Positions 1 through 13,457 of a stretch of 64,000 nucleotides of DNA are shown piece after piece (position 1 is the stretch's first letter; the number at the start of each line of letters is the position of its first letter). The notes beneath the pieces are model-generated. The model did no database searches and had not been told where the DNA came from. It saw nothing but the letters and a program-made list of their open reading frames with translations. Made by a program: the position numbers and the translations under genes. The DNA lies in the NCBI GenBank assembly GCA_963796275.1, contig CAWCKY010000006.1, positions 768,001 to 832,000 of the forward strand. Direction: 5' to 3'. The stretch comes from an uncultured Acidobacteriota bacterium (GTDB lineage Bacteria; Acidobacteriota; Blastocatellia; RBC074).

Positions 1-2609
1 CGTCGCGCGGGCATATAACACGTCACCATTGTCACGAACAACAAACCAAGGGCGGCGGCCAGGAGCGTAAGCGGATCGGAAGGCGAAACGCCGACGAGCA
101 GGCCGCGAATCAGGCGACTAGCGATATAGATGCCCGGCGCACCGATCAGCAGTCCCGCTATCACTAGCAGCGCGCCTTCTTTCATTACGAGGCGGAGGAC
201 GTGGCCATGATCGGCGCCGAGCGCTAACCTTACAGCCAACTCGTGGCGCCGCCGTGTCACAGATCCTGCTACCACACCGAATAAACCCATCGCCGAGAGG
301 AAAAGCGCACCGACCGCGAATGCGCTGATCAGGGTCCCACCGATCGCCTGTGGGCTGAGCGATGCTTGGACTATGTCGTCCATGGACCGGGGATCGCCGG
401 CCGAAACCCGCGGTTCAATACGGTGAATGGCGGATTGGACCTCGGGCAGGAGCGAGTGCGGTTCGCGGGTTGTCCGAATGACATAGAAAAGAGGGCCGCC
501 AATGTCCTCGGCTCGTGCCAGCATCTGCGGCCGTCCTTCGGCATGAATTTCATAGAGTCGAGCTTGCTGGACGACGCCGATGATCGTAAACGATCGTTCA
601 TCCCAACGGATGGTTGCGCCGATAGCATTGCCGTCCGGAAAGAAACGCCTGGCGATCGTGGTGTCGATCATTGCTTCGGTCACGCCATTTTGACGGTACT
701 CCGTGAAGGTACGGCCTTCTATCAGTCGCATGCCCATGACCTCGATGTAGTTCGGGCGCACGGCGATGATGTCGGTGAGCACCCTGTCCCGCTCGGGATC
801 GCCGGTGTTTCCGGGCGCGCTGGGAATTGTGATCGTCTCCTGAAACGCTGTCGCCGTAAGAGGCAGCGTCGAGGTTGCGCTCGCTCCGGTGACACCGGGA
901 ATCGCGGCCAGCGCCTGCTGGAGGCGATCTTGAAATGTGATGACGTCGGTCATTTTGGGAATAAATTCCGGCGGCACCCGTACCCGAACGGTAAATACGC
1001 CATCCGATCGGAAGCCCGGATCTGCCCGCAGCAGCCGCTCGAAGCTGCGCATGACGAGTGCGCCACTGCTCAACAGAACGAGCGAGAGTGCCACCTGCGC
1101 CACGATCAAGCCGCGGCGCCAACGGCTCGGTCCGCCGCCGCCGCGGACCGAGCTGCCGGCCAGAAGCGACGATAATGACACGCGCGCCCCCCACGCCGAC
1201 GGTGCCGCCGCAGCGAGCACACCGAGCAAACCACCAACGGCGACGACGGCGGCAGCGATGCGCCAGTCGATTGCGATCGCTTCGCGGCGCGGCAAGTCGA
1301 GCGGAGCGAGGGCAACGAGCGCACGCGTGCCCCAGATCGCGACGAGGGCGCCGAGCGCACCGCCGGCGAGGCCGAGCAAGCCGCCCTCAAGCAGGGTCGA
1401 GCGCACGATGGCGATCGTGTTAGCACCGAGCGCGCGCGAAACGGCCACCTCATGCTCACGCTGTGCAGCGCGTGCGAGCAACACCGACGCGAGATTCAGC
1501 ATCAGCATGAACAAGAGGACGAGGCCAGCGGCGCCGAGCACGATGAGCGCTGGTCGAATCCGCGATATGACGTCGGCCTTCAATCCAATCGAATACAGCT
1601 TCAAGCCGCGGCCGTTGAATTCGCGCGCATCGATGGCGCGGCCGGCAGCGTCGACTGCGGCGGCCACCGCGCCCGGCGATGCGCCGCGACGAGCGCGGAT
1701 GAGCCCCGCATATCCACCCCGCCGATCCGGCTCCGTGAGATTTACTACGAGCGGAATATACGCGTCCACACGCTGTGGAGGCGCGGCCACGTCGTTTCGC
1801 ACGAAGGTGAAATCCCGTGGCAACACGCCGATCACTCTAAACGGCCGTCCCTGCAGGCGTACGTCCCTGCCGACGATACCGGGATCGGCGCCGAGCCGGT
1901 TCCACAAGTGGTGCGTCAAAACCATCACTTGCTCGCTCGACCTCCCGATCTCATCCGGAGCAAAGCTGCGGCCCAGCGCTGGCGCAACGCCGAGCAGGTC
2001 AAACAGGTTCGGCGACGTCCGCGTCACGGCGATCTCCATGGGCTCGGCGCCTTCCCGTAATGCGAAAACTCCGCCCAGGAACGGTTGCAGAGCCGCGGCG
2101 TCCTCGATAACGGTATTGGATTTCTGCAACTCCAAGATATCTGTCCCGGGCAGTGAGCCGCGTTTGACATCACGGATGAGGCCGTAGTCTCGCCAGACGT
2201 AGTACAGATCGCCGGGGTCCTTATAGGGCATCGGGTCAATCAGAACCTTCTGCACCGCGGTGTAAACGACGGCGAACATGCCGAGACCGATGGTCAATGT
2301 GCCGATCGTCGTTCCAGCAAAGATCGGAGAGCGCACCAGCCTCCGTCTGACGATCTCGGCATCGCGACCCCAGTTGCCGGCGCGCCGCCATACGGCCGCC
2401 GGACGCACTCGCTCGGCAGCGCCGTTGCGAAGCGAGTCGATAAGCGCGCGGAACCAAAGCGCTACGAGAAGGATACCTCCGCCGTTTTTCAGCGCGTCGC
2501 GGGCCCGATCCAGGTATGCCTCGACCACCGCGTTGCCCATTTCCTCGCGGAAATCGGGCGGATAGAGACAGAGCAGGAGCCGGAACCAGCGCTCCGAAAG
2601 GCTGAGCAT
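1..2609 (-). CDS. ADOP family duplicated ABC permease (MacB/FtsX-like), 3' end runs off window
   Basis: Not in ORF track (no stop in window). ATG at 2609 gives MLSLSERWFRLLLCLYPPDFREEMG...GTLTIGLGMFAVV; same frame ends ...HELAVRLALGA...VTCYMPAR at base 1. Directly follows PadR gene. Confidence 0.9.
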   Translation of the reverse strand, partial: MLSLSERWFRLLLCLYPPDFREEMGNAVVEAYLDRARDALKNGGGILLVALWFRALIDSLRNGAAERVRPAAVWRRAGNWGRDAEIVRRRLVRSPIFAGTTIGTLTIGLGMFAVVYTAVQKVLIDPMPYKDPGDLYYVWRDYGLIRDVKRGSLPGTDILELQKSNTVIEDAAALQPFLGGVFALREGAEPMEIAVTRTSPNLFDLLGVAPALGRSFAPDEIGRSSEQVMVLTHHLWNRLGADPGIVGRDVRLQGRPFRVIGVLPRDFTFVRNDVAAPPQRVDAYIPLVVNLTEPDRRGGYAGLIRARRGASPGAVAAAVDAAGRAIDAREFNGRGLKLYSIGLKADVISRIRPALIVLGAAGLVLLFMLMLNLASVLLARAAQREHEVAVSRALGANTIAIVRSTLLEGGLLGLAGGALGALVAIWGTRALVALAPLDLPRREAIAIDWRIAAAVVAVGGLLGVLAAAAPSAWGARVSLSSLLAGSSVRGGGGPSRWRRGLIVAQVALSLVLLSSGALVMRSFERLLRADPGFRSDGVFTVRVRVPPEFIPKMTDVITFQDRLQQALAAIPGVTGASATSTLPLTATAFQETITIPSAPGNTGDPERDRVLTDIIAVRPNYIEVMGMRLIEGRTFTEYRQNGVTEAMIDTTIARRFFPDGNAIGATIRWDERSFTIIGVVQQARLYEIHAEGRPQMLARAEDIGGPLFYVIRTTREPHSLLPEVQSAIHRIEPRVSAGDPRSMDDIVQASLSPQAIGGTLISAFAVGALFLSAMGLFGVVAGSVTRRRHELAVRLALGADHGHVLRLVMKEGALLVIAGLLIGAPGIYIASRLIRGLLVGVSPSDPLTLLAAALGLLFVTMVTCYMPAR

Positions 2610-2620
2610 GCGATTTCGCG

Positions 2621-2986
2621 TCATTTGACCTCCTTCGGTAGCAGGCCTCCCAGGCGCGCTGCCCGCGTCAGCTGTTCTAGCCGTCGCGCCTCTGCCTGCG
2701 CAACGCGCCTGCCCGCACCTGTGATGCGGTAGTAGTTTCGGCGTTCGTCGCCCCTATCAGGCGCAGGCCGGCGGGCCGCGGCCTCTATCAGCCCGGCCTC
2801 CGCCATGCGTGCCAGCGCGCGGTACATCGTCCCGACGTCGGGGACCGACGCTTCGCCGCGCGCCTCGATGTCCTGAATGATTCCGTAGCCGTGCCGTTCG
2901 CCCGACACGAGACTAAGTAGGATGTGAAACTCGACCCGCCGCAATGGCAGGTGCTTGTCTATCCCGCGGTCACGATCCATTGCCAT
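2621..2986 (-). CDS. PadR family transcriptional regulator
   Basis: ILLSL..GERHGYGIIQDI, GTMYRALARM, RRNYYRITGAG motifs; GGAGAGG RBS; upstream of an ADOP permease. Confidence 0.93.
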   Translation of the reverse strand: MAMDRDRGIDKHLPLRRVEFHILLSLVSGERHGYGIIQDIEARGEASVPDVGTMYRALARMAEAGLIEAAARRPAPDRGDERRNYYRITGAGRRVAQAEARRLEQLTRAARLGGLLPKEVK

Positions 2987-3006
2987 GAGCTACCTCTCCA
3001 GTTGAG

Positions 3007-3065
3007 TGTGTCGCACTACTTGTGCGGCACATATAGTATATGTGCAACGCATGTATTATTGTCAA
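3007..3065 (-). promoter_or_regulatory. Putative sigma70 promoter of padR with overlapping palindromic operators
   Basis: Minus strand TTGACA (3065-3060), 19 bp, TATACT (3040-3035); dyad GCACATATA-G-TATATGTGC (3027-3045) and imperfect dyad TGTGTCGCAC-N5-GTGCGGCACA (3007-3031). Confidence 0.55.
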
Positions 3066-3197
3066 TATCCGGAGGTAGGTTTCGATTGGTTTTTTCCGCT
3101 GTACCAGGGACCAACTGGTGGCGACCAGACAATCTTAGTAAGGCTGAAATGCTTAAGATATGCTTGGTAGAGGTTCAAGCAACATGTGAGTTTATGA

Positions 3198-3306
3198 TAG
3201 GTCGGATACTTAACGATCCCCCAACTACCGTTGGGGGGATTGGAGAGAGTCTTAGCCGCTAGGTAGGGAGGACTTTAACGATCGTCCAACTACCGTTGGG
3301 GGAATT
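3198..3306. repeat. Two direct copies of a REP-like hairpin
   Basis: TTAACGATCCCCCAACTACCGTTGGGGGGATT and TTAACGATCGTCCAACTACCGTTGGGGGAATT; stem CCCCCAAC/GTTGGGGG. Confidence 0.75.
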
Positions 3307-3340
3307 CGGGTTGAGTGGCTTAGTTACGCTAATAACCGGC

Positions 3341-4669
3341 TTACGCCAATAACCCGCTCAGCTTCTTTGTCGCGGTCGGGAATTTGCCGAGACCGGCCTT
3401 CATCACATCATCGGCCAGCGTCAGATACAGATCGCCAAAGGTCCCCTCCATTTTGGAGTGTTGGCCCATGGCCAATCGTCCCGCGTGGCCCGCGACGATC
3501 AATCCGAGACCGTGATTCTTGTGCGGATTGGCTTCGGCGTGCTCGTGCACGTAGACCAGGCAACTGTGATCGAACAGAGTGCCTTCCCCCTCCGGAATGG
3601 ATTTCAGCCTCGCTATCAGGTAGGCGAACTCTTCGACGTGCCATCGGCAGATGTCACGCAGTATCCGCTGCCCGTCTACGCCGTCAGCGCCCGGAGCTTT
3701 GCCGTCGGCGTGCGTGTAATCGTGATGGCGGGCCGCCGTGTAACCGAGCCACGGGAAGCGGGTCAGTCCCTGGCACTTCGTCAGCATGTAGGAGGCGACG
3801 CGCGTCTGGCAGCTGGCGAATGCCTGTACCAGCAGTTCGCTCTGAAGCTTGGCGATGCGTGGCCAGTCTTTCATATCGCCGTCGAAATCGAGCGGATCGA
3901 CCCGCCGATACTCGGGCGGCAATCCGGCAATAGCGCGCTCGAGGTCGCGGATGCCCGCCAGGTGCTCCTCCACGCGAGTCTGATCGTCTTTGGGCAATTG
4001 CTTCTTCAAATCGGCTGCATCTTTGCGAACCGCATCCAGGATACTGCGTTTGCGATTGACCCAGCCTTCTTCGCGCGATCCGAAGAGCCGGTCGAAAAGT
4101 TTGTGCGGGATCATCTCCGGCGGCAGGGCGCGTTCGTAACCGGCCCAGCTCATGTTGCGCTGAATGCTCTCGCCGAAGGACTCCTGCGAAACGCCGATCT
4201 GCAACGATCGGAAGCGCGATTCGCCGTCGAGTTTCGCGGCGATGGCCTGATCGATCGAGGGACCGGAAGTGCCGCGGCCCGAAAAAGGCGTGCAACTCAT
4301 CAGCGCGCTCATCGATTTGTGATGGCCGTTGCCGGGACCGCGCACTGCGGCGGCGGCATTGTCCAACCCGCTGATGATGTGAACATCGCGGCGGAATGGT
4401 GCGAGCGGCGCCAGGCACGGCGTCACCCGGTAGTCCGGTCCGGTCTCAGACGGAATCCAATACCGCTCCGGAATGCCATTGCCGTTGAACCAGAGGAGGA
4501 AGCGGCTTTCAATATCCTTCTTGTCTGTGGCCGCATAAGCCGTGCCATGCAGGTTGAACATCGAAACGAGCGGCGGTAGTCCCACACTGATGCTAGCGCC
4601 AGTTAGTGTGAAGCCTTTCAAAAAAGTGCGACGAGACAACCTTACGCGTTTGGTGATAACGTGTGACAC
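3341..4669 (-). CDS. DUF1552 domain protein, Tat-exported
   Basis: SRRTFLK twin-Arg motif, [34 protein letters not shown]; GTG start with GGAGG RBS; paired with DUF1592 gene. Confidence 0.9.
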   Translation of the reverse strand: MSHVITKRVRLSRRTFLKGFTLTGASISVGLPPLVSMFNLHGTAYAATDKKDIESRFLLWFNGNGIPERYWIPSETGPDYRVTPCLAPLAPFRRDVHIISGLDNAAAAVRGPGNGHHKSMSALMSCTPFSGRGTSGPSIDQAIAAKLDGESRFRSLQIGVSQESFGESIQRNMSWAGYERALPPEMIPHKLFDRLFGSREEGWVNRKRSILDAVRKDAADLKKQLPKDDQTRVEEHLAGIRDLERAIAGLPPEYRRVDPLDFDGDMKDWPRIAKLQSELLVQAFASCQTRVASYMLTKCQGLTRFPWLGYTAARHHDYTHADGKAPGADGVDGQRILRDICRWHVEEFAYLIARLKSIPEGEGTLFDHSCLVYVHEHAEANPHKNHGLGLIVAGHAGRLAMGQHSKMEGTFGDLYLTLADDVMKAGLGKFPTATKKLSGLLA

Positions 4670-4691
4670 GGTAGTTCCTCCTCGGAAGACT

Positions 4692-4802
4692 AGTTTTCAG
4701 TTTTTAGTTTTTAGTTTTCAGTTCGCATTCCACAGTCCGAGTTACATCAATTAGGTAATGCGAACCTTGGAAAGCGAACTAAAAACTAAAAACTGAAAAC
4801 TG
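4692..4802. repeat. Palindrome with heptamer-tandem arms (AGTTTT[T/C])n ... ([G/A]AAAACT)n
   Basis: agttttcagtttttagtttttagttttcagttcgc ... gcgaactaaaaactaaaaactgaaaact. Confidence 0.85.
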
Positions 4803-4806
4803 AATA

Positions 4807-6810
<2,004 letters not shown>

Positions 6811-7037
6811 TTCGGCATCCTTCAGATCCTCAATCAGATACCTATATCAGACCGTAAATTAGACAGAAAATTTTCCAGGTTGTATTGGAAGACAGAAATT
6901 TAATGCAGGTGAGCGATAAGTACAATGCCAATGGCTCTGATCACGCTCGATTTTTTTCATGGGATTTTCGGGCAGCGATTGATTTTGAATGAGTATGAGT
7001 GTATATGTGGCGTCACTATATATGGAGTCGCATTCCT

Positions 7038-9782
7038 ATGATTGAGGAAAAAGACAATCACGGCGGCCCCGATTGGAGACGCTATGTTCGCGACCATCTG
7101 CCGCATCTCGCGATCGACCCCGAGCGCGAGATGGAGATCGTCGAGGAACTGGCTGAGCATCTCGACGCGGTCTATCAGGACGCATTGGCGAAGGGCGCGT
7201 CCGAAAGGGATTCGTGGAAATCGGCGGCGGCATTATTCGCCGACTGGCGATTGCTGGAGTGCGAGCTGGCAGTGGCAGAGCGCGGCGGCGCAGGAGCGCG
7301 CCTCGATCGGGCAATCGAAGAAATGGATCGATCACAAAAGAGTCAGGGAGGACGGCTGATTATGGAATCGTTGTTGCAAGACCTGCGTTACGGGCTACGA
7401 ATGTTGCTGAAGAACCCCGGCTTTGCGGCCGTCGCCGTTATCACGCTCGCGTTGGGTATCGGCGCGAATACAGCGATCTTTACGGTCATCAATGCTGTGC
7501 TGTTGCGCCCGCTGCCGTTGCCGGAGTCGGAGCGATTGATGAAGCTCGGGCGTGATTACCCCGGAGCCAATCAGGTTGGTGATGTCGACGATCCCAGGTT
7601 CCTGTTCTGGCAAGAGCAGAGCCAATCGTTCGAGGCAATAGGCGCACAACTGGGCTGGAACGCCGCTCTCACCGTCGGCGAGCCGGAAATAGTTGCGGGG
7701 CGCAAAGTCTCGCGGGATTTCTTTCGCGCGCTCGGCATGGTGCCGGCCATCGGTCGCGAATTCACTAAAGAGGAGGCCAGCGCGGGTGGCGAGCGAGTAG
7801 CCATCTTGAGCGACGGCTTGTGGAGGCGGCGCTTCGAGGCGGATCCGGGTTTGATCGGCAAAACGATCACATTGAACGGCGAGAGCCACGCGGTCGTGGG
7901 CATAATGCCCGGCGATTTCCGGTTCGCTATTCCCGCCGATGTTTTCGTTCCGCTTCGCCCTGGCCCTGCCAGCGGTAACAAGGGATTCAACCTCAGTGTG
8001 TTGGCCCGTTTGAAATCCGGCGTGACGCGTGATCAGGCGCTGGCTGAGATGAAACTGGTTGCCGAGAGGTTGCGGGCAAAAGAGCCCAAACTCATGCACG
8101 GGGACGAGATCGTCAACGTCGCGCCTTATCTGAGCGTACTGACGGCGGATTCGCGGCAGTTGTTGTGGTTGCTATTCGGCGCGGTGAGCTTTGTGCTGCT
8201 GATCGCCTGCGCAAATGTCGCCAATCTCCAACTGACTCGTGCGGCGGCGCGTGAGCGGGAGATCGCTGTAAGGCTGGCAGTGGGCGCCGGGTGGCGGCGC
8301 GTTGTCCGGCAGTTGCTCGTTGAAGGTCTGGTGCTGGCGCTCGCTGGCGGCGCGGCGGGATTGCTGTTGGCGTTTTGGGGAACCTGGCTGTTGATAGCTC
8401 TGATGCCCGGCAACCTGATTCCCAGAGCTGATGAGATCGGCATTGATTGGCGCGTGATGGTCTTCACGTTGGCTGCGGCGGTCGTCACGGGATTGCTCTT
8501 CAGCCTTGCTCCGTCGCTCCAGGCCGGGCGCGTCGATTTGAATGCAGCGCTGAAAGAAGGGGGAGGCAAAGGCGCCGTTGGGGCAGGACGAGGGAAGCTG
8601 CGAAGCCTGTTGGTGGCGATCGAGGTGGCGCTGGCGCTGGTCTTGCTGATCGGCGCGACTTTGCTCATCCGCACTTTCGCCAAATTGAATGGTGTCGATC
8701 CGGGCTTCGATCCGCAGAACGTTCTGACATTCCGTGTAACGGCGCGCGGCGCCCGATACGCGACGCCGGCGCAGTTAGCAGAGTTCTGTCGCCTGACGGA
8801 AGAGAGGATCAAAATCCTGGCGGGTGTCGAGAGCGTCGCCGCCACCAGCATGTTGCCGCTTGATGGACAGCACAACCTGCCCGTCGAGTTGGAAGGCAAA
8901 CTCGGTCAATTCGAGACTGTACAAGTTCGCCTCATTACGCCGGACTATTTTCGCGCGATGAAGATCAGCTTGAAACGGGGGAGGGAATTGACTGCTGGAG
9001 ACACCGCGGGAGCAGGAAACGTCGCGATCGTCAACGAAGCCTTTGTCCGCCTCTACCTGGCAAATACAGATCCGATTGGCCGGCAAATCTACGTCGGACG
9101 CACCTTCTTCAACTCGCCCGACCCTTTGCTCATAGCTGGCGTGGTCGGTGACACAAAAGGGGAGACTCTGACTGAACCCGCGCCGCCAACGGTCTACTTT
9201 TCCCTATCACAAATGCAGGAAGGGATGGGCAAGCTGATTAAACCGACGATGCGATTCGTTGTGCGGACGACGAACGAATCTTACGATCTGGGTGCGACCA
9301 TCAGGGGCGAGCTTTATAAACTAGATTCGACGCTGCCGGTGACCCATATTCGCTCGATGTCGGAGATCGCGTCGATCTCGACCTCACATCTGAGATTCAA
9401 CATGCTGCTGTTGGTGGTTTTCGCGGGCATCGGCCTGGCGCTTGCCGCAGTCGGGATCTACGGGGTGATGTCTTACGTGGTCACTCAGGGCACGCACGAA
9501 ATCGGAGTCCGTATGGCTTTGGGTGCGCAGGCCCGTGACGTGATGAGACTGATTGTCATGCAGGGAATGGTGCTTGTGCTGGCGGGCGTGGCGATCGGGT
9601 TGGCGGCGTCGCTGGCGCTGACGCGGTTTTTGAAAGGTATGTTGTTCGGTGTGAGCGAGAATGACCCTGCGACGTTTTCGATCATTGCGTTGACGCTGGC
9701 CGGCGTCGCATTGGTTGCCTGCTTGTTCCCGGCGCGACGCGCCACGCAGGTCGATCCGATCGTCGCGCTACGCCAGGATTGA
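7038..9782 (+). CDS. ADOP family duplicated ABC permease with N-terminal prefix domain
   Basis: GGAG RBS before ATG 7038; EIVEELAEHL prefix, [52 protein letters not shown]. Confidence 0.93.
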   Translation: MIEEKDNHGGPDWRRYVRDHLPHLAIDPEREMEIVEELAEHLDAVYQDALAKGASERDSWKSAAALFADWRLLECELAVAERGGAGARLDRAIEEMDRSQKSQGGRLIMESLLQDLRYGLRMLLKNPGFAAVAVITLALGIGANTAIFTVINAVLLRPLPLPESERLMKLGRDYPGANQVGDVDDPRFLFWQEQSQSFEAIGAQLGWNAALTVGEPEIVAGRKVSRDFFRALGMVPAIGREFTKEEASAGGERVAILSDGLWRRRFEADPGLIGKTITLNGESHAVVGIMPGDFRFAIPADVFVPLRPGPASGNKGFNLSVLARLKSGVTRDQALAEMKLVAERLRAKEPKLMHGDEIVNVAPYLSVLTADSRQLLWLLFGAVSFVLLIACANVANLQLTRAAAREREIAVRLAVGAGWRRVVRQLLVEGLVLALAGGAAGLLLAFWGTWLLIALMPGNLIPRADEIGIDWRVMVFTLAAAVVTGLLFSLAPSLQAGRVDLNAALKEGGGKGAVGAGRGKLRSLLVAIEVALALVLLIGATLLIRTFAKLNGVDPGFDPQNVLTFRVTARGARYATPAQLAEFCRLTEERIKILAGVESVAATSMLPLDGQHNLPVELEGKLGQFETVQVRLITPDYFRAMKISLKRGRELTAGDTAGAGNVAIVNEAFVRLYLANTDPIGRQIYVGRTFFNSPDPLLIAGVVGDTKGETLTEPAPPTVYFSLSQMQEGMGKLIKPTMRFVVRTTNESYDLGATIRGELYKLDSTLPVTHIRSMSEIASISTSHLRFNMLLLVVFAGIGLALAAVGIYGVMSYVVTQGTHEIGVRMALGAQARDVMRLIVMQGMVLVLAGVAIGLAASLALTRFLKGMLFGVSENDPATFSIIALTLAGVALVACLFPARRATQVDPIVALRQD

Positions 9783-9797
9783 AAGAAAGTTTGGGCT

Positions 9798-10000
9798 GGA
9801 TGGCGGAGCCCTTGGAGTGCGGTTTCTTGAAACCGCTTTGGTAGTTGATTCCTTGAACCGGGAATCCTATGAAACTCTCCGATTGACAATCCACAGCGGC
9901 AGTGGGTCGGGGAATTGCACAGTTGTGCCGGAAACGGTGAGTGAAACAATCGACTACTAAAGCGGTTTCGAGAAACCGCACTCCAAAGGCTCCGCCATCC
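9798..10000. repeat. REPIN/MITE-like element with about 52-bp inverted arms between convergent permease genes
   Basis: GGATGGCGGAGCCCTTGGAGTGCGGTTTCTTGAAACCGCTTTGGTAGTTGATT ... AATCGACTACTAAAGCGGTTTCGAGAAACCGCACTCCAAAGGCTCCGCCATCC. Confidence 0.85.
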
Positions 10001-10082
10001 CATGTTTTCAGATTCATAAAAACGAAGTTGGGGCAAATTCAGGAAATCAACTTACTACTGCTTTTCGCGATAAAGATGCGCG

Positions 10083-12521
10083 TCATTCATTTTTCAAGGC
10101 AACCATCGGATCGATCTTGGTCGCCTGGCGCGCAGGCAGATAACAGGCCACCAGCGCCATAAACAAAAGCAACATAGCGGTGATTACAAAGGTCGGCGGA
10201 TCGGTAGCCGTAACGCCGTACAACAGACTCGTGAGCACGCGGCCGAGTGCCAGCGCCGCGATCAGCCCGATGACGGAACCGATGGCTACGGGTTTCAACC
10301 CTTGCGTAAGTATCAATCGCAGCACATCCTTGCCTTGCGCGCCGAGCGCTATCCGAATGCCGATCTCCGGCCGGCGCTGCGCGACCGTATAGGAGACCAC
10401 GCCGTAGACACCCATCATTGCGAGTAGCAAGGCCAGCGCGCTGAATCCCCCGATCAACATCAGACTGAAGCGCTGAGTGGAGACCGAGTCGGAGAGCAGA
10501 TCATCCATTGAAAAGATGGTCATGATCGGTTGGTTTTTATCGACCGCCGCGACCGCCTGCCGGATGGCTCCGGCGATCTCTGCCTGAGCCAGGGATGAGC
10601 GCACGAATAGCAGGTACGCGGGCCAAGGCTCCTGATCGACTGAAAGATAGACCTCAGGCCAGGGCTCTTGAACAAGACCGCTGTGATGCGTGTTTTTGAC
10701 GACACCGACGACTTCGCGCCATACTTCCTGCCCTTCCGGTTTGGCGTTACTTAAACTGAAGCGTTTGCCGATAGGGTCTTGACCATCCCAGAAGCGTTTT
10801 GCGGCCATTTCGTTGATCACTGCCACAGGGACCGTAGTGGCAATATCGCCGGGGGTCAGTGCCCGGCCTCGCAGCAAGGGCACACCGAGTGTGCGTAAAT
10901 AGTCTGAGCTGACGATATGTATTCTGGTTATTGGGGAATCATTGGGTGCGGTTTGTGGGCGGCCCTCTATTATGAGGTTATTTCCGGCTCCCGCCCCGGC
11001 AATCGGCAATCCGTTGCTCGATCCGGCGGCTTCGACGCCCGGTATACTCTCCAGGCGTTCAATTACCTGGCGGAAGAATGAGTAATTTGAAGGAATGACC
11101 GCCGCCGTCACCCCCTTTGTGCGCAGGCCCGAATCGACCATCATCAGACGTGCAAAGCTATTGAGCAATAGGCCGGCTCCCATAGTCAGCACGAGCGCTA
11201 GAGTAATTTCGAAAATCACCAGCAAATTGCCGGGCGCAGCGAGCGAACTACGCCATGCGGCGGCGCGGCCGGCCGCCTGTTTCAGAGCCTCATTCAAATC
11301 GACGCGTGCGGAACGCCACGCCGGTAAGGCGCCGAAGAGCAGCCCGGCGATCACCGTTACAGCCAACGTAAAGGCGAGCGCGCCGGCGTCTATCCGCGAT
11401 TCGCCAAGCCGCGCAATGTAGTGCGGGCTCATCTTAATCAGCAGCTCGAGCGACCAGGCAGCGAGCAGGGTTCCCGCCGCTCCTCCTGCCAAAGCGAGCA
11501 ACATGCTCTCCGTCAACGCCTGCCGCACGAGCCTGAAGCGGCTCGCGCCGAGCGATTGTCGAATCGCCATCTCCTTGCGGCGCCGGTCGGCGCGCGCCAG
11601 CAGCAGGTTGGCGATGTTGGCACAGACCATTAAAACAACCAGGCCGATGGCGCCGAACAGGAGCGGCAGCACCGTGCCAGCCTCGCCTACCGTATGGTCT
11701 TTCAGTGAAACCAGCCTGACGCCATTCATAAGACTGTCATTTGTGCGCGGATTGTCGTGAGCGCGTTGCGCAAAGAGAGTTCCCAATTCAACCTGCGCCT
11801 GCTCGGACTGAACGCCGGGTTTGAGTTGCAGAACCACGTTATACTGTCTTGTGTCTTGGATCTCTCTGATCAGATCGTCGTCCGAAAGCGCCCAGAATCC
11901 TCCATTTCCGGAAGGCATCCGCACGTCCTTTCTCTGTTTGAGAGGGAAATTGAAGCCAGGTGGCATCACTCCCACAACGACGTAAGTACCCCCAATCGCG
12001 CGAATCGTTTGTCCGATGATCCCGGGATCGGCTCCGAAGCGGCTTCGCCATAGACCGTCGCTCAAAATGATCAAGCGTTCGCTGCCCGGCCTGGCTTCTT
12101 CCGGCAGGAAATATCGCCCGAGCGCCGGCCTTATGCCGAGCGCAGGTAATAGATCGGATGTGACGCTGACTCCTCGGATGATCTCCGGCAACCCCTCACC
12201 GCGGAGAGTGAGATCATGATTCCAATAGCCTCCGATCCGCTCGAAACTACGGCTTCGCGTTCGCCAATCGGTCAGGTCACCGCGGTCGATCCAGCTCAGT
12301 ACATCATCCTGCGGAACGCCGAAACTCGGCTTTGGGCGGTACTGCGCCTGCATCAAGCGATCGGGCTGCGCAAAAGGCAAAGGCCGAATCAGAACCGATA
12401 TGACAATACTGAATATCGCCGTGTTCGCTCCGATGCCGAGCGCCAGTGTGATGATCGCGATTAAAGCGAAGCCGGGGTTTTTCACCAGCATTCGTATGCC
12501 ATAACGTAAATCTTGAAACAT
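10083..12521 (-). CDS. ADOP family duplicated ABC permease
   Basis: GGAGG RBS then [12 protein letters not shown]; standard ADOP motifs through [17 protein letters not shown]. Confidence 0.93.
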   Translation of the reverse strand: MFQDLRYGIRMLVKNPGFALIAIITLALGIGANTAIFSIVISVLIRPLPFAQPDRLMQAQYRPKPSFGVPQDDVLSWIDRGDLTDWRTRSRSFERIGGYWNHDLTLRGEGLPEIIRGVSVTSDLLPALGIRPALGRYFLPEEARPGSERLIILSDGLWRSRFGADPGIIGQTIRAIGGTYVVVGVMPPGFNFPLKQRKDVRMPSGNGGFWALSDDDLIREIQDTRQYNVVLQLKPGVQSEQAQVELGTLFAQRAHDNPRTNDSLMNGVRLVSLKDHTVGEAGTVLPLLFGAIGLVVLMVCANIANLLLARADRRRKEMAIRQSLGASRFRLVRQALTESMLLALAGGAAGTLLAAWSLELLIKMSPHYIARLGESRIDAGALAFTLAVTVIAGLLFGALPAWRSARVDLNEALKQAAGRAAAWRSSLAAPGNLLVIFEITLALVLTMGAGLLLNSFARLMMVDSGLRTKGVTAAVIPSNYSFFRQVIERLESIPGVEAAGSSNGLPIAGAGAGNNLIIEGRPQTAPNDSPITRIHIVSSDYLRTLGVPLLRGRALTPGDIATTVPVAVINEMAAKRFWDGQDPIGKRFSLSNAKPEGQEVWREVVGVVKNTHHSGLVQEPWPEVYLSVDQEPWPAYLLFVRSSLAQAEIAGAIRQAVAAVDKNQPIMTIFSMDDLLSDSVSTQRFSLMLIGGFSALALLLAMMGVYGVVSYTVAQRRPEIGIRIALGAQGKDVLRLILTQGLKPVAIGSVIGLIAALALGRVLTSLLYGVTATDPPTFVITAMLLLFMALVACYLPARQATKIDPMVALKNE

Positions 12522-12522
12522 C

Positions 12523-13430
12523 TCATCCTCCAAGAAGCGATTTGTAACCACCCTGCCGGGGTTGCAGCGCGAAGAGCAGCAGGTTCTCCTGATTGAAGCC
12601 GAGGTTGACCCGCTGCCGGTTGTAGAGTGTGCGGATGAACAGCCCCGCGCCGACCAACAACAGCAGCGACAGCGCTACCTGCGCGACTACCAGCCCGTGG
12701 CTCAGCCGCGACACTGCGCCCGTACTGCGCCGGCCCTGCTTAAGTGCTATCGTCAAATCCAGGCTAGTCGCGCGATAGGCTGGCGCCAGCCCGAACAATA
12801 CGCCGGTCAGCAACGAGGTGGCGATAGTGAACGCCAGCACGCGCCAATTCAGGTTGAGTTCAATCCCAGTGGGCAAAAAAGGAGTATCTCGGTCGGCCAA
12901 CGCCGCCAGTGCGCGCTTGCCCCAGAACGCGAAGAGTATGCCGAGCGCTCCGCCCAGGGATGCGAGCAGGATGCTTTCGGTCAACAATTGCCGGATCAGG
13001 CGCCAGCGCCCCGCGCCGACCGCCAGCCGCACGCTGATCTCCGGGCCGCGCAGAGAAGCTCTCGCCAGCAGAAGGTTCGCCACATTGGCGCACGCGATCA
13101 ACAGGATGGGCACAACGACGTCGAATAGTCCGTAAATCGTGGCTGAATAGCGCTGGCGACCCTCCATCAGTCCCTGGCTGCCGGATCGCGCGACCAGGCG
13201 CGGGTAATCTTTCGTGTCGAGTTTCGCCGGTTCATTTCGCGGCGCGGCGGAGGCATCACCTCCAGCGCCATCGCTTGAAATGCTCCGTTCAGGCTCTCTC
13301 GCGCCTGTTCGAGGCGCGCCCCAGGTTTCAGCCTGCCCATCAAATTTATCCACCATATATCCGGCTTGCCGGCTCTGGCCATCCCACTGCCGAGCAGCAC
13401 CGTCTCAAACGCCAGTGCTTGAGGCCGGAC
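12523..13430 (-). pseudogene. Internal fragment of an ADOP permease, frameshifted near 13240
   Basis: ORF 13167..13400 (WWINLMGRLKPGA) continues after a frameshift into 12523..13356 ([33 protein letters not shown]). Both termini missing. Confidence 0.85.
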
Positions 13431-13457
13431 CGTGCAGTACGTCTTCCTCCCATCAAA

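Noticed and set aside
366-2565. Plus-strand ORFs (269, 416, 202 aa) and similar long antisense ORFs across the window
   Set aside because: Shadows of GC-rich real genes on the opposite strand; no recognisable motifs.
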